Positions 1 through 8,154 of a stretch of DNA of 64,000 bases are shown one piece after another. Within the stretch, counting starts at the first letter, position 1, and the number at the start of each line of letters is the position of its first letter. The DNA lies in IMG/VR virus record IMGVR_UViG_3300045988_171725, positions 1 to 64,000 of that record; one strand, given 5' to 3'. The position numbers were made by a program, and so were the translations under genes. The notes below the pieces were generated by a model. That model was not told the DNA's origin and searched no databases. It worked only from the letters and a program-made list of their open reading frames with translations. The DNA comes from a virus.

Positions 1-2
1 AG

Positions 3-1136
3 CCAGAAATTTATGGAACTAAAACGAAAGGAATTAAATATCTTCTTGAAAATGGATTCAATGTAGTTTCAACTCATGCCTTGTTTAAAAATTTTGACAC
101 AGAAATAATAAATCTTGTAAGAGCAATGAATTATATTCTCATAATGGATGAAGTTGCAGAGGTTGTAGAAACACTTGATATTAGTAAAAGCGATCTCCAA
201 ATAGTTCTTGGTAAAACCGAACTTCAAGATAATGGGTTATTAAAATGGACTGATAAGGAATATACAGGTGAATTGTGGAATTATCGTAGATTGTGCGAAT
301 TAAATGCTGTATTTTATCACAATAACACCGCGTTATTATATTTGTTTCCAGTAGACTGCTTTAAAGCGTTTAGGAAAGTCTATGTCCTCACTTATATGTT
401 TGATGCTCAAGTGCAAAGGTATTACTATGATTTTTATGGAGCAAAATTCAGATATATAGGAGTAGATGGCGATAGGATTGATAATTATCATTTCACTGAC
501 AGCGTGGTAAAACCAGATAATAATAAGTTTGTTGAACTAATCACGATTGAAGACAGCGTAACTTTGAATGCTATTGGAGAAGATAAATATTCTTTATCAG
601 TTTCTTGGTATGATAAAAATATAAAAACCTATGCTACGGGGATCAAGAATGGGTTGTATAATTTCTTTATGAATAAATCTAAAACTCCTTCGAGCAAAAA
701 CCTTTGGACGGTATTTAAGGATTACAAAAAGCAACTTCAGGGGAAAGGTTACGCTAAATCTTTCTTGTCTTGCAATGCAAGAGCAACCAACGCTTATTCT
801 GACAGAACAGCAGTGGCGTATATGTGTAACATCTTTTTCAATCCTATTCTTAAAAACTTCTTCGAAAGTAAGGGTGTAAGAATTGAAGAAGATAAGTGGG
901 CGCTATCAGAATTACTCCAATTCCTTTTCAGAAGCGGTATAAGAAAAGGCGAAGATATTAGACTATATATTCCATCATTAAGAATGCGTAATCTGTTAAA
1001 AAGATGGATGGTCGGGATGTACGACGATAAAATAGACCCAGAAAATCAAGAACAAATTCCAATCGAGAATAAACTCGAAAAAGCAAAAGCGCTGATAAAT
1101 AAATACAATTTAAACGATACCTCTTCAGACGCTTGA
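3..1136 (+). CDS. P-loop NTPase / helicase-like protein, C-terminal part (5' end outside window)
   Basis: Frame 3 is open from the window edge to TGA 1134-1136. ILIMDEVAEVV is Walker-B/DExx-like. SCNARATNAY and QFLFRSGIRKGEDIRLY resemble helicase motifs III/VI. Family not resolved by eye. Confidence 0.4.
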   Translation, partial: PEIYGTKTKGIKYLLENGFNVVSTHALFKNFDTEIINLVRAMNYILIMDEVAEVVETLDISKSDLQIVLGKTELQDNGLLKWTDKEYTGELWNYRRLCELNAVFYHNNTALLYLFPVDCFKAFRKVYVLTYMFDAQVQRYYYDFYGAKFRYIGVDGDRIDNYHFTDSVVKPDNNKFVELITIEDSVTLNAIGEDKYSLSVSWYDKNIKTYATGIKNGLYNFFMNKSKTPSSKNLWTVFKDYKKQLQGKGYAKSFLSCNARATNAYSDRTAVAYMCNIFFNPILKNFFESKGVRIEEDKWALSELLQFLFRSGIRKGEDIRLYIPSLRMRNLLKRWMVGMYDDKIDPENQEQIPIENKLEKAKALINKYNLNDTSSDA

Positions 1137-1161
1137 CAAACCCGTTTAAAAGTGATATAAT
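1133..1161 (+). promoter_or_regulatory. sigma-A-type promoter P1 (ACGC-TTGACA-17-TGaTATAAT)
   Basis: TTGACA 1133-1138, 17-nt spacer, extended -10 TGaTATAAT ending 1161. Sits about 50 nt upstream of the CYTH-like gene. Confidence 0.75.
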
Positions 1162-1210
1162 AGAACCATAGAAAGTAACCGTCTCGATTTCGACGCGGTA
1201 AGGAGACCAA

Positions 1211-1759
1211 ATGAAAACATACGATCGAGAACTCGAACTCGGCTTCGAAGTATCCGCCGCCAAGGCGATGAAAATCATAACTCATGAACACTGTTTAATC
1301 ACCCACCAAAACATCATATACCAGACATGGCTCGAAGAAGGCAAAGTCGGCGATTACAAGTTCCGTACACGAATACGCAAAACAGAGAATATGCGTTCCG
1401 ACTTACGTGGCAGTTGGGTTAGCTTGAGCGGCTCGTGGGCAGGCAAATATGAGTTCACGACCAAATACTCGAAGAGCGACGAAACAGCGGCGGAGCAAGA
1501 CAATATGGAACTCAATGCCGAAATCACGCTCGAGGAATACCTGAAGTTGAAGAAGATTTATGAGGCGGCAGGCAAAGAGGAAGTTATGAAAATTCGGACG
1601 TACTTCAGAACACCGCTTGACCCTTTTACGATTTACACGCTCGACACTTACCCAGACGAAGAAGGCGACAGAGCGCGTATCGAAATCGAGTTCAAAAGCA
1701 AAGAGGAAATGTACCGTTGGAAGGCGCCTGCTTGGCTCAATGAGCTTGTCAGTAAATAA
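1211..1759 (+). CDS. CYTH-like (triphosphate tunnel metalloenzyme fold) protein
   Basis: AAGGAG RBS. N-terminal RELELGFEV (ExExK-like with K replaced by G), FRTRIRK, KIRTYFRT, and YTLDTYPDEEGDRARIEIEF, which matches the C-terminal LD..G..EIE strand pattern of CYTH domains. Confidence 0.55.
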   Translation: MKTYDRELELGFEVSAAKAMKIITHEHCLITHQNIIYQTWLEEGKVGDYKFRTRIRKTENMRSDLRGSWVSLSGSWAGKYEFTTKYSKSDETAAEQDNMELNAEITLEEYLKLKKIYEAAGKEEVMKIRTYFRTPLDPFTIYTLDTYPDEEGDRARIEIEFKSKEEMYRWKAPAWLNELVSK

Positions 1760-1800
1760 AGCGCAAACGCGGCTTATCCGCCGCCTGAAAGGAAGAATAG

Positions 1801-2061
1801 ATGGCAAAGAAGAAACCAGAACAACTTTGTTGGAACTGTAAACGCGCCGTTAATTGCGAACCGCTTACATGCCCGTGGGCAGCTTTTGGTAAGCCGATTG
1901 ACGGGTGGAAAGCAGAGAAGTCAGAGTTCAGAGACAGAGTGGCAAACGACGTCAGAATCATACAAACATACAGCATAACGGAGTGCCCGTTATTCATCCA
2001 AGACCGAACCGAAGAGAAGGACGTTATGACTTTGTGGCAGAACGGTGAAACTTGGTATTGA
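1801..2061 (+). CDS. Cys-rich small protein, paralogue A (CWNCK..CPWA..GW..CPLFIxDR)
   Basis: RBS GGAAG. Shares the motif chain EQLCWNCKR-x-CPWAA-x-P(I)(D/E)GW-x-(E/D)CPLFI(Q/K)DR with the next ORF. Confidence 0.7.
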   Translation: MAKKKPEQLCWNCKRAVNCEPLTCPWAAFGKPIDGWKAEKSEFRDRVANDVRIIQTYSITECPLFIQDRTEEKDVMTLWQNGETWY

Positions 2062-2082
2062 GGCGGCGGACAAGGAGCAGAC

Positions 2083-2553
2083 ATGATCGAAGAGGAAATC
2101 ACCGAAAAGAAGACAAAAAAAGCGAAAAGAAGTAAACCGACCAATACGGTATATAACCCGCGTTCCGAACAGTTATGTTGGAATTGCAAACGTTGCACCA
2201 ACGCGTCAGGTTACGAATGCCCATGGGCGGCGGACGGTACCCCGATTGAGGGTTGGACGGTTACGGGTGAAAAGGAATATTTTTACACAAACGGGACCAC
2301 CAACAAAAAATACAGCCTCGGAATGAGCTACGATATAGTTGATTGCCCGTTGTTCATCAAAGATCGTGAATTTGCTTCTTACAAGGAAGAGATGGCTGAA
2401 ATCGCTCGGGTTCTTGACGTCGGGGATAATTATCTACGCACAGGAACCAGTAAGCAGAAGCTCTTCGACCGTTACGAGCAGATTACAGGCAGGAAGGTGC
2501 CGTATTATGTCAGATACCATACCGAAGAAAGGGGAGAGGAAATCGACCTGTAA
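2083..2553 (+). CDS. Cys-rich protein, paralogue B with C-terminal extension
   Basis: RBS AAGGAG. Same Cys motif chain as 1801-2061, plus an extra roughly 60-aa tail. Confidence 0.7.
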   Translation: MIEEEITEKKTKKAKRSKPTNTVYNPRSEQLCWNCKRCTNASGYECPWAADGTPIEGWTVTGEKEYFYTNGTTNKKYSLGMSYDIVDCPLFIKDREFASYKEEMAEIARVLDVGDNYLRTGTSKQKLFDRYEQITGRKVPYYVRYHTEERGEEIDL

Positions 2554-2582
2554 AAAATTTTTAAAAAACCATGTTCAAACGC

Positions 2583-2611
2583 TTGACAAAAGGCGGCGGA
2601 TATGTTATAAT
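2583..2611 (+). promoter_or_regulatory. sigma-A-type promoter P2
   Basis: AAACGC-TTGACA (2583-2588), 17 nt, TGtTATAAT (2606-2611), with an A/T-rich UP-like tract upstream. Confidence 0.75.
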
Positions 2612-2746
2612 ATACTCGACCATTGAAGATAGGTCATACGGCAGCGGGCTGAAATCTAAGAAGTCTATTGAATCCCCCATCCAATCCCTTAAATGCCCGC
2701 CGCCGCTCAATGGGATTGAACAAAGAAGATGGGGAAAGGAGATAAG

Positions 2747-3076
2747 ATGAAGTATTATTCCGAAAAATTGGATAAGTTATTCGATACCGAAGAAGCTCTT
2801 TTCAAAGCCGAGAAGGCGGCGGACGAGGTTGAAAAGCAAGAGCTCGCGAAGCAGACGAAGTTGCTCACCGAAAAGCAAGAAGCGATAAAGGAGCTTCAAA
2901 GGCTTGGGACAGAGATAGTCGCTATAAGGAAGAGCCTTCGCGCAAAAGAGCAAGAGCAGGAAGAACTTTATAAAAAGCTTTGCAGTTTAAACCCGAAGCA
3001 GCCTTTCAGCGTGTTATGTCGGTTCGAGGATTACGATTCGGTTTTCGATTACGTGAATGACATATTCAGACTATAA
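2747..3076 (+). CDS. coiled-coil protein (109 aa)
   Basis: ATG 2747 follows AAAGGAG. An alternative ATG at 2729 lacks an RBS. Heptad-rich E/K/L sequence. Preceded by a leader of about 125 nt after P2. Confidence 0.65.
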   Translation: MKYYSEKLDKLFDTEEALFKAEKAADEVEKQELAKQTKLLTEKQEAIKELQRLGTEIVAIRKSLRAKEQEQEELYKKLCSLNPKQPFSVLCRFEDYDSVFDYVNDIFRL

Positions 3077-3166
3077 CGGTCTACACCTCCGATGTATTAT
3101 AAGTTTTTCTTGACAAATTAAAGACCTCCATAAAGATTGACCGTTTACCATAGCCGATAGGGCAAG

Positions 3167-3199
3167 AAACCTCGAGTTAATTCTCGGGGTTTTCTTTTA
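3167..3199 (+). terminator. rho-independent terminator
   Basis: 10-bp stem (3167-3176 pairs with 3183-3192), loop TTAATT, T-rich tail. Confidence 0.6.
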
Positions 3200-3430
3200 C
3201 CCGAATTTCCAATAAGACTCAATTGATCTGGCAGGAATTGGTGGCGGGACGATAGTTTGCTCGACCGAAGGTTGAATTGCCGATTATTTCCTTATCAGCT
3301 TGCGGGATAAAAGGATTAGAATTGATTTTGAGTTATTGTCTCCGCTTCCCGTTGGCTTGGAGCAGAGAGCAGAGAGAACCGATAGCGAGCAGATGGTGGG
3401 TTGGAGAGAAAATGACCCCTTATTATTGTA

Positions 3431-3793
3431 CGAGTATATACTCCGTACTTTATTCTTACTTTATACGAGTATATACTCTTAGTAATCATAGTTCCGTACT
3501 TTTATTATACTCTTCTAGTATATATACTCTTATTACAAGGATTTATTTAATTATATAAATAGACTACTAAATAAATTTAGTAGTCTTAATTACTCACTAC
3601 GTTCGTAATTATATTTAATATTTAATATTTTATTTTTATTACTTAGCTTATTACAAGTAAAGAGTATATATTACTAGTAAACTTAATATGAGTATATATA
3701 AATAATATATAAATATAATAATATAAGAGAAATATATAAAGAGAGTATAAATAAATAGTAGTTAGTAATACTCTTTATATACTCCGTACTAGT
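3431..3793. repeat. AT-rich iteron region (palindromic GAGTATATACTC family); putative replication origin
   Basis: GAGTATATACTC at 3432-3443 and 3468-3479. Variants at 3517-3529, 3662-3674, 3690-3700 and about 3741. TATATACTCCGTACT at 3436-3450 and 3776-3790. Extremely AT-rich core 3540-3760 with hairpin AGACTACTAAA-N-TTTAGTAGTCT. No credible ORF. Confidence 0.5.
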
Positions 3794-3905
3794 GATTAGA
3801 GAAAAAGAGAACGCTGATAGCCAACGCGAAATTCAGCGCAAAAAATGTCCGCCGCCCAAACAAAAAAATCCCCCGAAATTTTTTTTAAAAACTGCCGTCA
3901 AACGC

Positions 3906-3934
3906 TTGACAATTTTTCCGCGTTGTGGTATAAT
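3906..3934 (+). promoter_or_regulatory. sigma-A-type promoter P3
   Basis: AAACGC-TTGACA (3906-3911), 17 nt, TGgTATAAT (3929-3934). Confidence 0.75.
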
Positions 3935-3984
3935 GTTCTCGTAAGTTGAGAGCGGCACAGCTCCGCCCCGCTTATCACGGTTTA

Positions 3985-4022
3985 TCCGCCGCCTTAAAAC
4001 ACAGCATCTCCTCGGCGGCGGA
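3985..4022 (+). promoter_or_regulatory. 5'-leader hairpin (TCCGCCGCC ... GGCGGCGGA)
   Basis: 9-bp perfect inverted repeat, 3985-3993 with 4014-4022, lying between P3 and the RBS of the 4045 gene. Confidence 0.45.
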
Positions 4023-4044
4023 CAGACCATTTACAGGAGGGTTT

Positions 4045-4380
4045 ATGAAACTTGAATCTTGTCGCAATCTTACAGGCGACGAAATCGAAACGACGATCAC
4101 AATGACGGGCAACGGCGCTGATGGCTTTCGCGTCTACACGACCAGCAACTCGATGCTCACGAAAATCGGTAAACTCCTCGACGCGCCAGACACGGCTTGG
4201 AAGCTCGAAAAGGTCGAGCGTTACTCCGACGGGATTCCCTCGGGTTACTTCTTCACTTGCTCGGTTAAGAACTGCTTGTCTCTTAAAGCCAAAAAGGCGG
4301 CGGGCAGAGAGTTCACGGAAGAGGAAAAAGAGGCGCTCGCTCAACGTTTCGCAGCAAGCAGAACGGAGAGAATGTCCTGA
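4045..4380 (+). CDS. hypothetical protein (111 aa)
   Basis: AGGAGG RBS 8 nt upstream of ATG 4045. The longer ORF from 3946 would start inside the promoter and leader. Confidence 0.65.
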   Translation: MKLESCRNLTGDEIETTITMTGNGADGFRVYTTSNSMLTKIGKLLDAPDTAWKLEKVERYSDGIPSGYFFTCSVKNCLSLKAKKAAGREFTEEEKEALAQRFAASRTERMS

Positions 4381-4540
4381 AATCAAATTTAAGGTAAAAA
4401 TCTCCCAATATTTCTGGGAAGTAAAAGATAATTCGAGGTCGGGTTGAACACTCGCCTGTCTCGAAGTCTTTTTCGGAAATTTATAGACTAATCAATTGGC
4501 TCACTCGCAAAGTTCTTTTGCATACATAATACTCTTAAGA

Positions 4541-4582
4541 GGGCGGCGGTCCGTATAGTTCGGGCTGCCGTTCTTTTTTTTA
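4541..4582 (+). terminator. possible rho-independent terminator
   Basis: 6-bp G/C stem (4542-4547 with 4564-4569, one G-U pair) followed by a long T run. Confidence 0.4.
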
Positions 4583-4599
4583 TAGACGCGGGGGCAGTC

Positions 4600-4735
4600 G
4601 TCTGGAAAAAATGGGGCGTCCTTGGTGGTCGAGAAAAATGGGCGCGTTCATGCGATTTGAGCGTGAGCGAAAAAATGGGGCGGCGCATTGGGAAGAAAAA
4701 AGGGGTGGCGGAGAAAAGAAAATGCGCCCTGGGGG
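4600..4735. repeat. array of A-tract + G-run units (GAAAAAATGGGGCG family)
   Basis: Units at about 4604, 4631, 4667, 4691 and 4711, spaced 20-36 nt apart, in the convergent gap between the + and - gene blocks. Confidence 0.55.
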
Positions 4736-4898
4736 GTTAAATAGCCCGCATAGTAAGGGCTGCTGGGTCTTTATTTATAGTGGCAGAGGGCAATCCACTT
4801 TCGATTATTCAACGGTTACTTCGAGAAACCCGTTGCAGCTGCTGGAACATCCGCGTTTTTAAGGCGGTGCGGATGAAAGACCGCCGTGTTGTTACGAG

Positions 4899-4988
4899 TT
4901 AGCGACGGTTATCCCCGCCGCCGTGCATGTAGTAGCAAAATGCCACGAAAATAATCGAGGCTATAAACAGCCAACCGAAACCAGCCAT
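4899..4988 (-). CDS. micro-ORF, hydrophobic peptide (29 aa, MAGFGWLFIASIIFVAFCYYMHGGGDNRR)
   Basis: AGGAGG 7 nt upstream of the ATG. One predicted TM helix. Starts 1 nt after the stop of the preceding micro-ORF. Confidence 0.5.
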   Translation of the reverse strand: MAGFGWLFIASIIFVAFCYYMHGGGDNRR

Positions 4989-4989
4989 G

Positions 4990-5070
4990 TCAAAACCTCC
5001 TGTTATTGTCTTGGATTGCTTTTATTGTTACATAGATTACAACAAACCATATAAAACACGCAAGTACCAT
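4990..5070 (-). CDS. micro-ORF, hydrophobic peptide (26 aa, MVLACFIWFVVIYVTIKAIQDNNRRF)
   Basis: The ATG directly abuts the TGA of the upstream gene (GGAGGTGATGTGAATG), so translation is probably coupled. One TM helix. Confidence 0.45.
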   Translation of the reverse strand: MVLACFIWFVVIYVTIKAIQDNNRRF

Positions 5071-5448
5071 TCACATCACCTCCTCATAGCTATCAATTGC
5101 CGATTGACAATCCTTTTTCGTTTTATACCTCCCGAAGCAAACTATCGAGCTGTATTCCTGATTTAAGCGGTCGTAAACCACCCACCAAACTTTTCCGTCC
5201 AGCGCAGTTCTTTGCCTCGGCTCGAACCGACTTTCTTTCTTATAGAACGCAATCTTTTTACCCGTTTCTGCGTTGCAATTGTAAAAGTAATATTCGTTGC
5301 AGAATTTCTCGAAATCTATTCCTTTCGGAATTTCATACGGAGAAATCCACTTCGAGTAAGGGTTAACTTTGCTTGCGGTCACATAAACCGCTTTGCCTTC
5401 TGCGTGCATTTTTCGAGCCTGTGTTTTTGTTATTTTTTCGTAGTTCAT
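5071..5448 (-). CDS. hypothetical protein (125 aa)
   Basis: GGAGG RBS. Packed in a co-oriented operon. Confidence 0.65.
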   Translation of the reverse strand: MNYEKITKTQARKMHAEGKAVYVTASKVNPYSKWISPYEIPKGIDFEKFCNEYYFYNCNAETGKKIAFYKKESRFEPRQRTALDGKVWWVVYDRLNQEYSSIVCFGRYKTKKDCQSAIDSYEEVM

Positions 5449-5449
5449 A

Positions 5450-5659
5450 TCAAAGAACCTCCTTTAATTTTTTCATCAAATTCGAGTAAAACTCGTTCAT
5501 CTCTTTTGCGTGTTCGAGCGCCTTGTCGTATTCTTCGTCGTAGCGCCCGAGTTTGTCATACGCGAGTTCGAGTTTGTAACGGTCACATTCAAACTTCTTT
5601 ACTTGATAGCACACGCAAGCAATCGCCTTTTCTTTTTCGAGTTTTGTTAATTTTGCCAT
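5450..5659 (-). CDS. hypothetical small protein (69 aa)
   Basis: The internal ATG with a GGAGGC RBS is preferred over the 121-aa ORF-track start. Confidence 0.6.
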   Translation of the reverse strand: MAKLTKLEKEKAIACVCYQVKKFECDRYKLELAYDKLGRYDEEYDKALEHAKEMNEFYSNLMKKLKEVL

Positions 5660-5660
5660 A

Positions 5661-5915
5661 TTATTTTGCCTCCAAGGTTGTTGATCTGTCGAAAATGCAG
5701 TTTCCGTTCTTTGTGAAATGATAAGCGAAAACCTTCCACTCGCCCTCCCAAGTCCACGAAACCTCCCAACCGAGAGCTGCGTTTGTTGCGGTTTTACCGA
5801 TGAGGATTTTACCATCTTCCGTTGCCGTTATGAGGCGACGGCAAGGGTTGCCGTAAATGCTGTTGTTGCGTTTTTCAACTTTTAAGATTTTGAGTTTTGC
5901 TTTAAGTTCTTTCAT
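5661..5915 (-). CDS. hypothetical small protein (84 aa)
   Basis: AAGGAG RBS, 1-nt spacing to the next gene. Confidence 0.6.
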   Translation of the reverse strand: MKELKAKLKILKVEKRNNSIYGNPCRRLITATEDGKILIGKTATNAALGWEVSWTWEGEWKVFAYHFTKNGNCIFDRSTTLEAK

Positions 5916-5928
5916 AATTTTTCTCCTT

Positions 5929-6201
5929 TTAAATATTCAAAGATTTTCTGACTTCGATTATGAGCAAGCCCGTTATATCGTTATACGAAATAAAACTATA
6001 CTCCGTGTACCAAGCACCAGGTTCGACAAAATAATGCGGATTCTCGAAGCCGAAACGTTCCATAATCATTGCAGGCGACATTGCTTGCTCTTCGATGTTA
6101 TCCATCTCATCTTCCGACAAGCGGTAAACTTCGAGATAAGCGAGAGATTCGCAATCGGGTTCATAGGGTGTGTAAGTTCCAGATTTAGTTAAAAATTCCA
6201 T
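5929..6201 (-). CDS. hypothetical small protein (90 aa)
   Basis: GGAGG RBS. Confidence 0.6.
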   Translation of the reverse strand: MEFLTKSGTYTPYEPDCESLAYLEVYRLSEDEMDNIEEQAMSPAMIMERFGFENPHYFVEPGAWYTEYSFISYNDITGLLIIEVRKSLNI

Positions 6202-6216
6202 ATGTTTTACCTCCTT

Positions 6217-6543
6217 TTACCATTTTACCAAAAGCATATCGCCGCAGTGATTATAAATGCCGTATCTTCCTTCGAGAGTTGTTAAAACCTCGGAACTGCT
6301 GCAATCGCAATCGCAAACGAGCCAATTAATCAAATCAGGAACGGTTTTGAAGCTTTCGAGCATTTCGACGTAGCCGTCGTACTGTTCTCCGAACGTCGGG
6401 TCGGTGTTGTCGTATCTTTCGAGTGGAAGATAGTCGAGATAATTGTAGTTTGAGTCATAGAGTTTTACTCTGTCTTTCTCTTCGCGGTTTTCGAGTTCCT
6501 CGATGTAGAAATCGCCTAAATAGTTGTTATTGATTTTACGCAT
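6217..6543 (-). CDS. hypothetical protein (108 aa)
   Basis: ATG 6543 is preceded by AAGGAGG. Confidence 0.6.
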   Translation of the reverse strand: MRKINNNYLGDFYIEELENREEKDRVKLYDSNYNYLDYLPLERYDNTDPTFGEQYDGYVEMLESFKTVPDLINWLVCDCDCSSSEVLTTLEGRYGIYNHCGDMLLVKW

Positions 6544-6563
6544 TTTTTTACCTCCTTTATGCG

Positions 6564-6785
6564 TTAGATTTCCATTAAATATTCGTCGCCCATGCAATTC
6601 GGGCAACCTTTGAAAACCGCATACCTCACGGTTTCGGTGTCTTCGGGTATAGCACCTTGCGCGATAAACCTATCGGTAGTGAGCCAATCACCCTCGACTA
6701 ATTCTTGTACTTCGACGATTGTACTTAAATCTTCTTCGGTTTCGAAGATTTCTTCGCAATTACAACATTTTATCATAAATTTCAC
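6564..6785 (-). CDS. small zinc-ribbon-like protein (73 aa)
   Basis: CCNC near the N-terminus and CPNC near the C-terminus. GGAGG RBS. Confidence 0.6.
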   Translation of the reverse strand: MKFMIKCCNCEEIFETEEDLSTIVEVQELVEGDWLTTDRFIAQGAIPEDTETVRYAVFKGCPNCMGDEYLMEI

Positions 6786-6790
6786 CTCCT

Positions 6791-6982
6791 TTATGCGTTT
6801 TTAATTGTTTTGTCTGTAATTTTGTAATATTTACCATCTATTTTTAGTAAATCTTCCCATTCGCCGTTTTCGTATGTTGCAGCGCACCATTGGTAATATT
6901 TACAATAAATGGAGTGCTGGTTAATACGCGGCAAGGCGTATAAGACATTGTATTGATGGTTGCTGTTTTTATATTCTTTCAT
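6791..6982 (-). CDS. hypothetical small protein (63 aa)
   Basis: GGAGA RBS. Confidence 0.55.
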   Translation of the reverse strand: MKEYKNSNHQYNVLYALPRINQHSIYCKYYQWCAATYENGEWEDLLKIDGKYYKITDKTIKNA

Positions 6983-6994
6983 AACTTTAATCTC

Positions 6995-7204
6995 CTAAAT
7001 TTCATTTCTTATCACGTCGTCCACCCAGCCGTCGAGTAAATCGACCGACTTCTTTTCGACGAAGCCTTGTGTCGTGCCAAAAGCCAGAATGTTTACGAGT
7101 TTGTCGTAAGCCTTGTCTGCTTGCTTTGTGAGCGTGCCATCGGCTTTGAAGACTTTCTTCGCGCCGAGCGCCTGTAATAATTCTTCAAGATTTGTGATTT
7201 GCAT
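6995..7204 (-). CDS. hypothetical small protein (69 aa)
   Basis: ATG 7204 is preceded by GGAGGT. Confidence 0.6.
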   Translation of the reverse strand: MQITNLEELLQALGAKKVFKADGTLTKQADKAYDKLVNILAFGTTQGFVEKKSVDLLDGWVDDVIRNEI

Positions 7205-7205
7205 T

Positions 7206-7607
7206 TTATACCTCCAATTCGGCAAGTTCGATTTGCCAATATTCGTTAATCGTGTCGATGATTGTTTCCGCCTTAAACCCGCCGAATAACCGATAAACGT
7301 TTACGGTGTTCCAATCGTCGGGTTCGGCCTCTTCGTCATAATCGTCCATATACGCCCATTCGAGAGCCTGATAAGCCCAAGCGCGTATTGAGCCGTAACG
7401 CTCAAATCCGAAAATATCACCTTGGCGATCTTCCGTGTTCACGTAGATTTTGTCGGTCGGTAATTTTTCAATCGCTTCGACCGATTTCGGGAAGATGTCT
7501 TTAAATCTCTCGACATCTTCTGCGTGGTGCAAATCCATGTTTTCGTATTCGTCGAGCGACGAGATTTGCTGTTGTTCTTTGAGTTGTGATAATGTGATTT
7601 TGTTCAT
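7206..7607 (-). CDS. hypothetical acidic protein (133 aa)
   Basis: ATG 7607 is preceded by AAGGAGA. Confidence 0.6.
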   Translation of the reverse strand: MNKITLSQLKEQQQISSLDEYENMDLHHAEDVERFKDIFPKSVEAIEKLPTDKIYVNTEDRQGDIFGFERYGSIRAWAYQALEWAYMDDYDEEAEPDDWNTVNVYRLFGGFKAETIIDTINEYWQIELAELEV

Positions 7608-7624
7608 ATTTTTATCTCCTTTAA

Positions 7625-7939
7625 TTAAAATTTTTCTTCTGGAACGTTCGGGCAATAATTGAGATGGAATCTAATGTCGAAGCAAGAGAATTCATCTTGG
7701 TGCATTTTACCATCATCTCCGCAATACATCAAATCCTGCATGTATGTGTGCCCGCTGTCTACGCATTCCAAACTCTTTAAGAGCTCGAGAATTGCTTCTT
7801 TGTTTTGAACGAGGAATTCGTATTCCGCGTCTTCGAACTCGTTGAAGAAGACGGTGTAATTCCCGTCTTCTGTTACGAGCCTGCCTTCGATTTCGATTTT
7901 GCTTACAAATTGCTGTAATTCATCTTTTTTGCTAATCAT
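7625..7939 (-). CDS. hypothetical protein (104 aa)
   Basis: GGAGG RBS. Confidence 0.6.
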   Translation of the reverse strand: MISKKDELQQFVSKIEIEGRLVTEDGNYTVFFNEFEDAEYEFLVQNKEAILELLKSLECVDSGHTYMQDLMYCGDDGKMHQDEFSCFDIRFHLNYCPNVPEEKF

Positions 7940-7949
7940 AATAGCCTCC

Positions 7950-8150
7950 TTAAATTTTTTCTTCTTGCCAGCCGAACCATTTATACGCTTCGACCATTTT
8001 GCTAATTGCCGACTTTTCGACCTTTATCGGTTCTCCGTAAAAGCTTACGAAGTCGCGATAAAACTTGCGGTTTGCAACATCGACGCGAAGTCGCGCCGTA
8101 TTGCCGTTTTTGTCTGTTTTGCCGATAAACTCCATAATTTCTGCTGTCAT
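7950..8150 (-). CDS. hypothetical small protein (66 aa)
   Basis: ATG 8150 is preceded by AAGGAGA. Confidence 0.6.
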   Translation of the reverse strand: MTAEIMEFIGKTDKNGNTARLRVDVANRKFYRDFVSFYGEPIKVEKSAISKMVEAYKWFGWQEEKI

Positions 8151-8154
8151 ATTT

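Noticed and set aside
3110-3136. TTGACA at 3110 as an additional promoter
   Set aside because: The best -10 candidate at the right spacing is only TAAAGA. It also lacks the TGn extension shared by the ten confident promoters.
3277-3558. ORFs of 93 and 60 aa on the plus strand in the iteron region
   Set aside because: They have no RBS and give low-complexity translations of AT-rich repeats (LYSYFIRVYTL...). They overlap the palindromic 12-mers, so they are best read as non-coding.
3431-3793. Possible CRISPR array suggested by the repeated 12-mers
   Set aside because: The repeats are short palindromes with irregular spacing and sequence drift, and the 'spacers' are AT-rich filler. There is no cas context.
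4611-4862. 83-aa plus-strand ORF
   Set aside because: Its ATG codons are part of the repeated GAAAAAATGGGGCG units. It has no RBS, and its Gly/Arg/Lys-rich translation is typical of repeat read-through.
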